Shown piece after piece: positions 29,311 to 39,883 of a stretch of DNA of 64,000 bases. Under the pieces are notes generated by a model. It saw nothing but the letters and a program-made list of their open reading frames with translations, was not told where the DNA came from and made no database searches. The stretch is from Alphaproteobacteria bacterium (GTDB taxonomy: Bacteria; Pseudomonadota; Alphaproteobacteria; Bin95). Each line of letters starts with the position of its first letter. Position 1 is the stretch's first letter. The stretch covers positions 448,001 through 512,000 of the forward strand of contig OZ219788.1 in the NCBI GenBank assembly GCA_964291285.2. The letters are read 5' to 3'. The translations under genes were made by a program, and so were the position numbers.

Positions 29311-30051
29311 TCATGGCAACCCCCTCTCGTGGAAGCTGACCGAGCCGGTCGGCGTGACGATCAGATGGTCGAGCAGCGTGACCTCGATGGTCTTCAGCGC
29401 GTCGCGGAGGCGGTCGGTCATGGCGATGTCGGCTCTCGATGGTTCCGGGTTGCCGGACGGGTGGTTGTGGACCGCGATGACCGCGCTGGCCTGAAGCTCC
29501 AGGCAGCGGATGCAAACCTCCCGGGGATAGACCGGAGTGTGGCAGACGGAGCCCTTCTGGAGGCGCTCGTCGGCAATGAGGAGATTGTTGCGGTTCAGGT
29601 ACAGCAGCCTGAACTCCTCGACCTCGCGGTGGCCGGCGAGGGTGCGGCAGTACTCGATCACCCTGTCGTAGCCGGCGAGGGACGGGCGCGGGGTGTCGGG
29701 CATTTCGGCCCGCGCCATGCGGATGGCGAGCGCTTCGGCGGCCTTGAGGGCGGCGATGGCGTCTTCAGACAGGCCCGGCACGGTGTGCAGGCGGTCCGGC
29801 CGTGCTGCGAGCGCGCGCGGCGCCGTGCCGAAGGTGTCCAGCAATGCGCGGGCAAGCGCCCCGGCATCGTCCACCGGCGGGCGCCCGGAGAGCAGCAGTT
29901 CGAGCAGGTCGCGGTCGTCGACCGCCTCGCGCCCGGCGCGGAGGAAACGGCGCTGGAGCCGGCGGCGGTCGGCGGTCTTGCGGGCCGAGGCCGGCGCCGC
30001 AGGCATGTCGTAAAGCGGCATGTCGTCGAAACCCGTCGCGGAATCGGGCAT
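29311..30051 (-). CDS. radC: RadC-family JAB-domain protein
   Basis: DRDLLELLL, EEFRLLYL, VYPREV, HNHPSGNPEPSRAD, LLDHLIV. Confidence 0.92.
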   Translation of the reverse strand: MPDSATGFDDMPLYDMPAAPASARKTADRRRLQRRFLRAGREAVDDRDLLELLLSGRPPVDDAGALARALLDTFGTAPRALAARPDRLHTVPGLSEDAIAALKAAEALAIRMARAEMPDTPRPSLAGYDRVIEYCRTLAGHREVEEFRLLYLNRNNLLIADERLQKGSVCHTPVYPREVCIRCLELQASAVIAVHNHPSGNPEPSRADIAMTDRLRDALKTIEVTLLDHLIVTPTGSVSFHERGLP

Positions 30052-30326
30052 GGCGATGTCCTCCATGGGAGTGGAACCGAAGCGCCCCGCAGGGTCAGCG
30101 GGCAGCGGCTTCCGCCGCCGGGCGGGTCGACCGCGACCCTGCCGTCGCGGACGGTGACCGTCACGGTGCGGCCGGTCGGCATCGGCAGGTCGGTCCACAC
30201 GGCGATGGCGCGTTTCTGCGCCGCGTCGCCGGGGCCCTGCGGAGCGGTCCCCGAGCGTGTCGGCCTCGACCGTGACGGTGTTGCAGCAGTGCGCGTTGTA
30301 GCCGACCTGCACGGTCCGGGGCCGGC

Positions 30327-32069
30327 TCACGGCGCGGCCTCCGGGGCGCCGCCGAGGGTCACGGTGACGTCGGGCCGGCGGATGCGGATGTCGACGGCGC
30401 GGTTGCGGGGCGCAAGCCACATCAGCTCGCGCCGCACCGCCTCGGCGATGGATGCCCGGCAGGCCTCGTCGTCGGACAGCAGCAGGCGGGTCGCGAGATG
30501 CAGCGCGTCCTCCTCGAAACGGGCGCGCTGGGTCTCCCAGCTGTCGGCGTCGGCATCGTCGGAGGGCGAGAAGAACCCCGCCATGAGCAGCGCGGCGAGC
30601 TCGTGCGGCTGAAGTGGGCTGTCTTCGGTGACCAGCGGCATGGCCTCGTCGATCCGGGACCAGGCCTCGCCGGCGAACGCCATGTCGGCCGGCAGGTCGA
30701 GGGTGCGTTCCGGACCCGACGCCGGGCGAACGGTGAGCTCGATGCGGATGGCGGCGGGGCGGGCCGGCAGCGGCGCGGCGCGAGACGGCCCGGGCAGCGG
30801 ATACTCCGCGAGCGTCGTCCAGTCGTCCCCGGCAGCGACCCGGACGGTTATATCCGTCACCCGGTCGAGCGCGTCGTACCAGCCATGGCCCTCCAGCCGC
30901 CGGTCGGCCTCGAAGAGCCGCGGCGCGATGCCGGCGCGTTCGGCGGCGCGCCACAGCGCCTGCGCCTCGGGCGGCTCCGGATCGCGGTCCATGACCAGGG
31001 CGTCATGGCCGGCATCGGCCAGCTTGCCCGGTTCGCGCCAGTCGTTGCAGTCGGCGATCATGGGCCGCCAGGGCCGCAGGGTGGCCGGCGGCGGCGCGAT
31101 GGCGATGCCGGCCTCGCGCGCCCGCATCCAGTCGGCGAAGGCCGGGCGCGGCGAGGGGTCGGCCGCCATGGCGCGCCAGACCGCCAGCCGCGCGGCCTCG
31201 CGCATCTCTCCGGGAAAGGCGTTCTCGACCGCTTCCTTGCGGGCCGGCAGGACCAGTTCGAGGTCCGGGCAGTCTTCCAGATCCGCCAATACGGTCCAGG
31301 TCGCGCCGTGGACGGTCTCGACCGTGGGCAGGCGGAGCGCCAGGGTCAGCCCGAAGACGTTGAGGTCGGGGTCGTTGTAGCCGCTGCGGCGGTCCCTGAA
31401 GACCCCGAAGACGAGGCCGCGCCAGGGCTCGACATGGACCGCGCCGTCGAGGAAGGCGCGGCGGGGCAGTTCCTCCCCGGCGCCGTCTCCCCCGCCGTCC
31501 TCGAAGACGACCGGCAGCGGGTAGTGGCGGGCGGCATTCCCGGCCGCGCTGCGGATGGCCAGGGCGGGTTCGGTCGCCTCGAACGAGACTGCCGTCCCGC
31601 AGGGATACGGGGCCTCGTTGTCGCCCTGCACCCCGGCGTCGGCCTCCCCGAGGAAATGCGCCGGTTGCAGCGCGACGCGCCAGCCGGGCAATATCTCCCC
31701 GTCCGGCGAGCGGGGCCTGGACGAGACGGCGCAGTTGCGGCGCGCGAGGCTGGCGAAGCCGAAGCCGGCGGCGTCCTCGCGGCGCACCAGCGCGTCGTCC
31801 CAGCCGTTCTCGCCGAAGCTCAGCAGCACGGCGGGATCGGCGATGCCTGAGCCGTCGTCGGAAACGGTGACGGTGAGCGGCGTCTCGCCCGCAATGGCGG
31901 CGGTTTCGTGCGCCCGGGCGGCGGCAACCGAGATGCGCACCCGTGTGGCGCCGGCGCGGCGGCTGTTCTGCAGGGTCTCGGCGAAGATGTCGGCCAGGGT
32001 GGCGGCGTAGATGCGGGTGACCCGCTTCACGGCGGTTTCGTGGATGCGGGCGCGGATCGTCCGGTTCAT
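30327..32069 (-). CDS. GHKL (HATPase_c) ATP-binding protein
   Basis: ETLQNSRRAGA, DDGSGI, AAGFGFASL, GTAVSF. Confidence 0.8.
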   Translation of the reverse strand: MNRTIRARIHETAVKRVTRIYAATLADIFAETLQNSRRAGATRVRISVAAARAHETAAIAGETPLTVTVSDDGSGIADPAVLLSFGENGWDDALVRREDAAGFGFASLARRNCAVSSRPRSPDGEILPGWRVALQPAHFLGEADAGVQGDNEAPYPCGTAVSFEATEPALAIRSAAGNAARHYPLPVVFEDGGGDGAGEELPRRAFLDGAVHVEPWRGLVFGVFRDRRSGYNDPDLNVFGLTLALRLPTVETVHGATWTVLADLEDCPDLELVLPARKEAVENAFPGEMREAARLAVWRAMAADPSPRPAFADWMRAREAGIAIAPPPATLRPWRPMIADCNDWREPGKLADAGHDALVMDRDPEPPEAQALWRAAERAGIAPRLFEADRRLEGHGWYDALDRVTDITVRVAAGDDWTTLAEYPLPGPSRAAPLPARPAAIRIELTVRPASGPERTLDLPADMAFAGEAWSRIDEAMPLVTEDSPLQPHELAALLMAGFFSPSDDADADSWETQRARFEEDALHLATRLLLSDDEACRASIAEAVRRELMWLAPRNRAVDIRIRRPDVTVTLGGAPEAAP

Positions 32070-32177
32070 GGACGGACCTCCATGGATTGCTGAAACGGAA
32101 ACGCCCCGCCGGCGCTGCCCAGGGTCTGAAGCCCGGAGCAATGCGCCGGCGGGGCGTCTTGCGGGGTCTGCGGTCGC

Positions 32178-34577
32178 CTACCGGACCTGGCGGAGGAACT
32201 CGGGGATCTCCGTCGGGTGGGCGGCCTGCCCGTTGACCGGACCGGTCGCCCCGATACCGTCCGGCCCGTTCGCGGCGACCGTGCCGGGACCGGCCTCCCC
32301 GGCATCGCCCGGATCGGTCTCAGGAGCGGTATCGCCCGCGTCGGCGGCGCCGTTGCCGGCCTCCGCCGCTGCGCCTTCCGGGGGTTCCGGTTCGGCAGCG
32401 GTCTGCGTCGCATGACCGTTGCCGGCCGGCGCCGCCGGACCGGTTCCGGAGGTCGCTTCGGCACCTTCCGGGGTTGCGGCGGTTCCGGCGGCGTCCGTCG
32501 CCGCATCCCCGGCATCGCCGACCGTGCGCCCGGTGTCGAACGCGGTGAAGCCGGGCGGCGTCCAGGCGAGCGCGGCGGCGTGCATGGCGGCGCTCACCCC
32601 GACCGGTGGATCGCCGGCGGCGAAGGCGGCCTCCATCGCCTCGGCGAGCGCGGGCTTCCTGTATTTCGACCGCGCCGAGGCCCAGTTGATGCCGAACACC
32701 GTGCGGGCGATGTCGAGGACCCGCGCCTTGGAAATCCGCGACCACAGCATCGGCCCCGTCGGGCGCACATGCTGCGCGAAGTCGATGCCGAGCCGGGCCA
32801 CCGTGGCTTCGAGTTCGGGCCGCGCCTGCGGCTCGAAGGCGAGCTGGCCCTTCACCGTGCGCGCGACGCAGGCCGCGAACAGCGCCTGCTTCTCCGCCGG
32901 GGGCAAGGCCCGGAGCGCCGCGAAGGATCCGCCGTCGTCCTCGATGGTCAGCCAGTCGAGCGACAGGTGCGAGCGGTCTGCCAGCATGGCCTCGCCCGGC
33001 GACCAGGCCGCGAAACCGGCATCGTTCATGCGGGTCATGGGCCTGTCGGGGGTTTCCTTGACCGCGATGTCGAGGGCGTGGCCGTGACGGCCCGGCGCGA
33101 ACACGGCGCGGCCCATCTGGAACAGCGCGAGGTCGAAGGCGGCATCGAAGTCGCAGGCGAGATGCGCCTTGACCAGCGCGGTGCGGATCGCGCGCAGGTC
33201 GTCGGCGAGCCCGACGCCGACGCCCGCCTCCCTGCGCGCCTCGGATTCGGGGTCCTTCGGCGGCGCCATGGGCGTCGAGATGGGCGGATTGACGGACGGG
33301 CCTGCGGGGCGGTCGTCATGGCCGACGGTGTGGGCATCTTGCGCGGCGGCGTGCGCGCCGTGGCCGTTGCCGGCGGCGCCGGTTTCCGCCGGCATGTCTT
33401 CGGGCTTCACCAGGCCCTGGATGACCTGCATCGCGCCGTCATGGCCGACGGTGACGATGCAGCCGGCGATCGCGAAGTCCTCGCGCCGGAACACCGCGCG
33501 CGCCTCGACGGCGGCCTCGATCCCGTCGAGCCGTGCCTCGACGGCCTCCGCTTCGGCGGCCAGTTCGCCGGTCCACTCGTCGTCATCGAGATTGACGAGT
33601 TCGTCGTGGCGGGTCGTCAGCTTGTCGATCTCGGCCCGCTCCGCGTCGGTCGGCGTACCGGGCCGGGGCTCGATGCGGCCGTAGCGGGCGGTGTCGCTCC
33701 AGTCGACCTCGACCATGGGGACAGCCCACTTCCAGCGCGTCGCCAGCTCGTCGGCGGCGGCCCGGAGCTTCTCCGCCGCCAGCTTCTCCAGCAGCACCGG
33801 GTCCTCGAACCAGACGCCGTGCTCGCATTCGTCGGCGAACAGGTCGCGCATGACCTGGCCGCCCGCGGCCTCGTAGGCATCGACCCCGACGAAGCGGGCG
33901 ACGGCCGAGGCGCCCGGCACGCGCTCTTCGGTCAGCAGGCGCTTCACCTGCCAGGCCGACGGGCGGCCGGCCTGTCCGGAGAGTTGTTCCCATACCGTCA
34001 TCTGGCGCGCGCGGTCGGCGGTGACGGCGAAGGCCTTGAGCACTTCGAGGTCGATCCCGCCGGCCCGGTAGGCGTCCAGAAGCTCGGGCGCGGCGTTGCC
34101 GAGGCGCAGGCGCTGCTCGACGGTGCGCTCGGAGGCGCCGAACCGCGCCGCGATGGCGGCAACCGGCTGCCCGGCGTCGGCCAGTCTCGTGAACGCGACC
34201 ACCTGGTCGGCCGGGTGCATGGCGATGCGGACCACGTTCTCGGCGAGCGAGAGTTCGGCCGGCTCGGCGTCGCCGGTCCTGACCAGGCAGGGCACCGGGT
34301 GGTCGGCGTCGAGCGCCTTGTCCCCGGCCAGTTCCTGCATGGCCTTGAGGCGGCGTCCGCCGGCGACCACGGCATAGCGCCCGATGCCGTCCGAACCGGG
34401 TTCCTCGGGCCGGACGACCAGGTTCTCCAGCAGGCCGAGGGCGGCGATGGAGGCCTTGAGCTCGGCGTCGGCCCGGGCATCGGGCGGGGTCTTGCGGACG
34501 TTCTCGGGGGCGAGGCCGAGCCGGGCGAGCGGGATGTCCCGGATCGGCGGCGCGGCCCCGGGGGCGATGAAGTTCAT
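32178..34577 (-). CDS. ParB/RepB/Spo0J-family protein (long ICE type)
   Basis: ENVRKT, GLLENLVV, VAGGRRL, SLAENVVR, HTH IAARFG..VEQRLRL, FVGVDAYEAAGG..DLF. Confidence 0.9.
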   Translation of the reverse strand: MNFIAPGAAPPIRDIPLARLGLAPENVRKTPPDARADAELKASIAALGLLENLVVRPEEPGSDGIGRYAVVAGGRRLKAMQELAGDKALDADHPVPCLVRTGDAEPAELSLAENVVRIAMHPADQVVAFTRLADAGQPVAAIAARFGASERTVEQRLRLGNAAPELLDAYRAGGIDLEVLKAFAVTADRARQMTVWEQLSGQAGRPSAWQVKRLLTEERVPGASAVARFVGVDAYEAAGGQVMRDLFADECEHGVWFEDPVLLEKLAAEKLRAAADELATRWKWAVPMVEVDWSDTARYGRIEPRPGTPTDAERAEIDKLTTRHDELVNLDDDEWTGELAAEAEAVEARLDGIEAAVEARAVFRREDFAIAGCIVTVGHDGAMQVIQGLVKPEDMPAETGAAGNGHGAHAAAQDAHTVGHDDRPAGPSVNPPISTPMAPPKDPESEARREAGVGVGLADDLRAIRTALVKAHLACDFDAAFDLALFQMGRAVFAPGRHGHALDIAVKETPDRPMTRMNDAGFAAWSPGEAMLADRSHLSLDWLTIEDDGGSFAALRALPPAEKQALFAACVARTVKGQLAFEPQARPELEATVARLGIDFAQHVRPTGPMLWSRISKARVLDIARTVFGINWASARSKYRKPALAEAMEAAFAAGDPPVGVSAAMHAAALAWTPPGFTAFDTGRTVGDAGDAATDAAGTAATPEGAEATSGTGPAAPAGNGHATQTAAEPEPPEGAAAEAGNGAADAGDTAPETDPGDAGEAGPGTVAANGPDGIGATGPVNGQAAHPTEIPEFLRQVR

Positions 34578-34909
34578 GCCAGTCTCCATGGAGGGTTGCG
34601 GACGGTCGGCGCGGGCGGCCCACTCCGGCTGCCCCGCGCCTGCCCGGACCGCCGCCCCGCTCCGGCTCCGGGCGGTGCGGTCCGGCGGGCGCCGGCGCCG
34701 GATACGGGCCGACGGTGCGGTGCGGCGGTATCGGAAACGGCGGCAGACGGCGCGCGGCCGGAAGTGGTCCGGCCGGCGCTGCTGCGGGCGGGGAGCGGCG
34801 GTCAGCCCCGCGTCACGGGGTCGGATGCGCAGGCGGCCGGCAGCGCCGGGGGCCGCCGGCAGACGAAGGCGCCGTGGAGGGTCGGGAAGCGGCGCGCCGC
34901 CGTCGGAGG

Positions 34910-36268
34910 TCAGGCGGCGATGTCGATGCGCTCGCCCCAGGGCGCGGGTCGCCGCCACGGGCCCTCCCCGTGGTCGCACCACAGCACCGGGAACGGGGGC
35001 TCCGTCGACGGATATCGGGAGCACTCCATGTCCGTGAAGTAGAGGCACACGCCCGGCTGTATCCCCTGCTCGTCGAGCCACTCGAAGCCCGGGCGGAAGT
35101 CCGTGCCGCCCCGGCCCCTGACGGCGATTTCGTCGGGAAGCTCGTCTGGCGCGTATTCCGCCGCGTCCTGCACCGCGGCGTCGACCTGGAGCACGACGAC
35201 GCGGCCGGGCCGGATCTCACTGGCGACCTCGCGCAGCTCCGCCCAGAACTCCGCCAGGGTGGCCGCCGGCAGCGAGCCCGAGGTGTCGATGATGACGGCG
35301 ATGGCGTCCATGCCCTCGGAATGGATTGAGGGGAGATAGAGGCCGGAGTCGATGAAGCGCCGGTTGGGGACGCTCCAGCTGTAGTCGCTCTTCACGGCGT
35401 CGGTCATGTAGCGCCGGAGCAGCGAGCGCCAGTCGAGCGCACTCGCATGGGCGCCGCGCACGGTTTCCTCGACCGCGCCGGGCAACCGGCCTTCGGCCCT
35501 GGCGAGACCGAGCGCCTGGTGCATGGCCTCGTCCCAGGCCTGTTCCTCCCGCGTCATGTCGCCCGGCGAAGGCGCGGCGTCCCCGGCGCCGCCCGCCGGC
35601 GCGTCCATGACCTCGCCGGTGCCCGACGGATCGCAGCTTGCGTCGCCGCCGTTGTCATCGTTGCCGGAACCGCCGTCATCGTTCGAGGCGTCTGCCGAAC
35701 CATCCGCCTTCCCGTCATCGCCGCTACCGGATTGCTCCCCGTCATCGCCCCGGTCGGATGGGCCGCTTCCGCCGGGCATGGGAGCGCCTGGCGAACCGGC
35801 GCCGGCGTCTCCGCCGCCGGACGGCGGATTGCCGGCATCGCTCGACCCGTCGTCCTCCGGTTCCGGTTCCGGCAGGCGGTCATAGGCTTCCTCGACGCTG
35901 ATCCCGTCCCAGGCTTCGGCGTCGGGCGGCAGTGTGAAGCCGGCATCCCTCAGCAGCCCGTGGGTGACGAGCTGGGAGGCGCGCTGCCAGCGCTCCGGGT
36001 CGCGCTCGCCCCGCCGCGTGTGGTGCTTGAGCGCGCAGGCCAGCACCACGCGGGCGATCGCGGTCTCGATCAGGTGGGCGTCGGTCTCCGCGATCCATTG
36101 CGGCGAATAGCGGATCTCCCGTCCGTCGCTCGCCAGCGTCTCGCGGCCCGCGTCGGCTCGGACCGGCAGGCGAAGCGCCAGGCTGCCGAAGAAGGGCTGC
36201 TCCCGCAGCAGCGCCGTCACGCAGCGGCTCACCCGCTGCGCCGACTCCGGGCAAGGGCGGGCGCCCAT
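34910..36268 (-). CDS. DUF2201-type metallopeptidase-like + vWA domain protein
   Basis: QPFFGSLA, SDG, LDWRSLLRRY, PNRRF, IDTSGS (MIDAS), GRGGTDF, YFTD. Confidence 0.85.
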   Translation of the reverse strand: MGARPCPESAQRVSRCVTALLREQPFFGSLALRLPVRADAGRETLASDGREIRYSPQWIAETDAHLIETAIARVVLACALKHHTRRGERDPERWQRASQLVTHGLLRDAGFTLPPDAEAWDGISVEEAYDRLPEPEPEDDGSSDAGNPPSGGGDAGAGSPGAPMPGGSGPSDRGDDGEQSGSGDDGKADGSADASNDDGGSGNDDNGGDASCDPSGTGEVMDAPAGGAGDAAPSPGDMTREEQAWDEAMHQALGLARAEGRLPGAVEETVRGAHASALDWRSLLRRYMTDAVKSDYSWSVPNRRFIDSGLYLPSIHSEGMDAIAVIIDTSGSLPAATLAEFWAELREVASEIRPGRVVVLQVDAAVQDAAEYAPDELPDEIAVRGRGGTDFRPGFEWLDEQGIQPGVCLYFTDMECSRYPSTEPPFPVLWCDHGEGPWRRPAPWGERIDIAA

Positions 36269-37160
36269 CACGCGGCCTCCCGCGCCGGGGAGACCTCCGC
36301 CGCGAAATATCCCGCGAACCTCTCCGCCAGCGCATCCGCGTCGCGCTTCACCCGCGCGCGGGCGACCGGATCGAAACTCTTCGACGGCCTGAGCGCGTCC
36401 GGCTCGACGCCGGCGATCTTCTCCTTCACCTGCCCGCAGAGCCGGGCGAGTTCGTCGTCGCCGAAGATATTCAGCCGCGGCACGATGTCGACAAGGTCGC
36501 GGATGTTGCCGATCATCGAGTCCCGGAACACCAGCGGCTTGCCCTCGCCGTCCTCCCGCAGGCGTTCGGAGACCCGCTCCACGGCCTCGCCGAGGCGCCG
36601 GTAGAGGTCGCCCACCGCATCGTGCAGCCGCTCCTCCACCTGGCTCTCGATGTCGCGCTTCACCCGGTCGGTGTCGTCGGAGGCGAGCTTCGCCATGAAG
36701 TGGTCGGCACCGGGACGATCCGCCAGCGCAGGCCGAACCTGTCCCGGAGGTCTTCCTTCGAGGGATAGTCCCCGATGCGGAACAGCTTGCCGAGGTCGAG
36801 CCGGGCCTTTTCGATATTGTCGTCATAGTCCTCGATGAAGCGGGCGCGCTCGCGCACCATGCGCTCGCGCAAGCCGTCCATCAGCCCGGTGTAGCGCTCG
36901 TGGTTGGCGACGGGGAGCAGCCGGCTCCCCCGGTCGTCCCAGGGCAGGGTCTGGGCGTCGTGGGCCGCGCGCGCCGCGCTGACGGTGGCGTTGATGGCGG
37001 CGAAGGCGGCCCTGGGCAGCAGGCACTTGTTGTAGCGCCCGGCGCTGACGCTCGCCTCGTGGTGGACGGCGACATGGGTGCTGGCCTGCCGGTCATGGAG
37101 CCGGCCCGACCAGGCGGCGATGCGCAGGCTGACCAGCATGGCGTCGTGGCTGAGGTTCAT
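36268..37160 (-). pseudogene. DUF3150-like protein, frameshifted near 36705
   Basis: Two abutting frames: MNLSHDAMLVSLRI...WRIVPVP and DHFMAKLASDD...EAA; TGATG coupling to the vWA gene. Confidence 0.7.
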
Positions 37161-37308
37161 CGGCGTTGTCTCCCTTGCAGTGGTTATCGGAGGGTCCATA
37201 CGGGGACGTTCGGAGCGGCGGCGAGACCGGATGCCCGCACGGCGCAGCTGCGCGACGGCGCGTCTCCCGGCGGGTAGTGGATGAGTCGCCGGACCGCGGG
37301 ATCCTCCG

Positions 37309-38322
37309 TCATTGCGTGCGCGCGGCGGCCCAGCGGATGAAGGCGGGCGAGTGCTGGAGGGCGGGGTCGCGCCGGATGCAGGACCCGACCAGGAACTCGC
37401 CGACCTCGCGGCGCAGGCGCCCGGCATAGGTGACGATGGCGTCGAGCGTGATGTCGTCGGCCATGCGGTAGAGCGCGCCGCAGAGCGCGATCAGCGCGCT
37501 GGCATTGTCCGGCACGACCGCGTTCCCGGGATCGTCCAGCACGGCCCGGGGATGGGGCAGTTCGCGCCACACCTTGAGGAAGGCCGCGAACTCCACCGCC
37601 GCCGCCTCGCCCACCGTGCCCCGGAACAGCGCCCGCTCGACCGAGGGGTCGAGACCGGCGCGCCGGCTGACGATGCCGGAGACCATCTCCCAGGTGCGGG
37701 GGCAGCAGAACGCCTTCTCCTGCGGGTCGAAGCAGTGCAGCAGGTCGGGGCGCATCCGGATGTAGAACAGCACCTCGGGCGCGATGCCGTTGGCCGCCCC
37801 CCAGGCGAGCCAGTCTTCCGCGTCCACCCGGACCTCCAGATGGACGAAGCGCGACGCCAGTGGCGTCGGCATGCGGTGGACCACGCCGCGGTCGCTCTCG
37901 CGGTTGCCGCAGGCGATCAGCGAGGCGCCCTCGGGCAGTTCGTATTCGCCCACCTTGCGGTCGAGCACCAGCTGGTAGAGCGCCGCCTGCACCATCGGCA
38001 CGGCGGACGGCAATTCCTCCAGGTTGATGAGCCAGCGGCCCGGATCGTCTGCCGGCGGCAGGAAGGCGGGCGGCGCCCAGCGGGTGCGCCCGTCGGCGTC
38101 GCGCCACGGGATGCCGCGCAGGTCCACCGGATCGAGCAGCAGCGCGCGGACATCGACATAGCGGCGCGAACCCTCGGCGGCGGCCTGCTGCGCGAGCGCG
38201 CTCTTGGCGCAGCCCGGCGCGCCCCAAAGGATCGTCGGCTGGCGCGCTTCGACCAGCAGCGCCAGGGTCGGCGCAAGCTCGCTCGGACGCAGCGTGTAGT
38301 CGGCGGAAACGGTGTCGGTCAT
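37309..38322 (-). CDS. MoxR-like AAA ATPase
   Basis: WGAPGCAKS, DLRGIP, INLEEL, VQAALYQL, GNRESD, LASRF, PRTW. Confidence 0.9.
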   Translation of the reverse strand: MTDTVSADYTLRPSELAPTLALLVEARQPTILWGAPGCAKSALAQQAAAEGSRRYVDVRALLLDPVDLRGIPWRDADGRTRWAPPAFLPPADDPGRWLINLEELPSAVPMVQAALYQLVLDRKVGEYELPEGASLIACGNRESDRGVVHRMPTPLASRFVHLEVRVDAEDWLAWGAANGIAPEVLFYIRMRPDLLHCFDPQEKAFCCPRTWEMVSGIVSRRAGLDPSVERALFRGTVGEAAAVEFAAFLKVWRELPHPRAVLDDPGNAVVPDNASALIALCGALYRMADDITLDAIVTYAGRLRREVGEFLVGSCIRRDPALQHSPAFIRWAAARTQ

Positions 38323-38831
38323 CGGCAGCCTCCGGAATGGCGGAAATACGGCGCGGGCTCCCTCCGGGCGCCCGGCCGTTCACCCGAACCTCCGCGGCCC
38401 TTTCCTCATCGTGCCGGGGGAGCTTGTGCCGGCGCGCCAGGCGGAGGCCGCGCAGGGCGGCAGTGTGCGGTCAGGCGCCGACCGGGTCCGCCGGGTCTTC
38501 GAGGTCGCCGCCGCCAGCCAAGGAAACGCGGGTCGGTTCCGGCAGCGGCCTGCCGATGGCAGGATGTCCGGCTGCCAGGCGCGGCGCGTGTTGAAACCGG
38601 CCTGCGGACGGGTTATGGGTTGCAGCGGCGGGTTCGCTGCGGCCGTGCGGGCGCGGCAGCTTGGAATTCGACAGGAATTCACTACGGGGGATGAGGTCAT
38701 GACAGTGACGCCGGGCGATGGCGGGATGCATGACCTGCGGCTCTTCGGGCGGGGCATGAGCGCCTCACGCGCGCGAACCCGAACTCGTTGTACCCCCTCC
38801 CTCTCAAGAGTCAGGGCTAGGGGCTGAGCCG

Positions 38832-39024
38832 GTGGGCGCCCTCGGGAGAACCGCCCGCCGCCTGAGCGCGGGACTCGCCTTCGTCTTCTTCGCGCTGGTG
38901 GTGCTCTCCGCACCCGAAAATGCGCATGCGGCCAAGACCGTCACCATATCGACCGCGTCAACCACGATCACCGAGGGCGATTCCGGCAAGAAGGATGTGA
39001 CGATCAACGTCAAGCTCGGGGAAG
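38832..39024 (+). pseudogene. 5' fragment of a secreted Calx-beta-like surface protein
   Basis: Signal peptide ending AHA, then TVTIST..ITEGDSG..VTINVKL; cut at the IS66 end GTAAGCG. Confidence 0.55.
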
Positions 39025-39765
39025 GTAAGCGTTCGTTCGTACGGTGAGGTGTTGCTGTTTTCGTCCGTTCGACGGGCTTTCGTCAGGGAGTTCCAGCGTC
39101 ACCTGGAGCGGTTTCGTGCGCCGCCGGGCCGGATGCGCGGTGAGGTTGGCGGGCACTGGCGCCATGCCGTGTTTTTCGCATTGGTTGCCGTTTGTCCCGG
39201 CGCTGCGGAGGAGGAGCTGACCGCCATCCTGTGCCGGTTGCAGGGTTCGGCGATTGAGAGTCCGCTTCCTGTCCTTGCGGAGCGGGTAGAGCCAGATGTC
39301 CTTCTTCGGCTTGTCGGCCCTGTCATGTCGGTCGTAGCGGCCGCGCCCCCTGGTTGTTCCGACGCGGATCTGGCCCGCGGCCCGGTAGACGCCGCCGCTG
39401 TGGCGCGGGACCTCGACCAAGGTCTCGCAGGGCGTGGTGTTGTAGCGCGCGGTCCAGTCTCCATGCGGCGGTCAAGAAGCCGAGCATGGCCAGCGGCTCG
39501 CCGTTCCGGTCATGGACCGCGCATCTGCCCGACCAGGCGCGTGTATCCGAGGTAGTGTCAGCGGACGACGAACTCGTTCCACAACCGGCTTTCCCGGGTG
39601 CCCACGATTCGGAAGTCAGCGGGCGGAGCTCGTCGAGGGTCTTCGGGGCGGCAAGCGGCGGCGGCTCGGTGTCCGCCCCGAACGTGATCAGCTTCGGGGC
39701 CGGCGGGGTCCGGGCTGGCGGCAGCAGAAGGCGCGGACGATGGCCGAACGGGTCTGCTCCGTGAT
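39025..39765 (-). mobile_element. Decayed IS66/DUF4338 element, copy C (right end only)
   Basis: GTAAGCG terminus at 39025; frameshifted pieces FGADTEPP, HDRNGEPLAMLGF, GRGRYDRH..KKDIWL..RTLNR. Confidence 0.75.
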
Positions 39766-39769
39766 CGTC

Positions 39770-39844
39770 ACCCGTGGTGGCCTTGTATTCGAGCGTTTCC
39801 GACTCTCCGGCGGCAACGATTGCGTAAATCTGCTCAGGCGTCAT
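39770..39844 (-). pseudogene. 5' stub of a Schlafen/AlbA_2-domain protein
   Basis: MTPEQIYAIVAAGESETLEYKATTG (GESxxxEFK-type motif), truncated by the IS remnant. Confidence 0.65.
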
Positions 39845-39883
39845 GGGCTATTACCATCGCGGGGTCCCGCACTATGCGTGCTT

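Larger units (their letters stand above)
14301..38322 (-). mobile_element. ICE/plasmid-like backbone (integration, DNA processing, anti-defence/stability genes); ends not resolved
   Basis: About 20 co-oriented genes typical of alphaproteobacterial ICE backbones (integrase, DUF2493, toprim, ssb, strawberry-notch methylase, RadC, ParB). Confidence 0.75.

Noticed and set aside
14253-38800. att direct repeats or a tRNA target bounding the ICE
   Set aside because: No convincing matching repeat or tRNA gene found by eye
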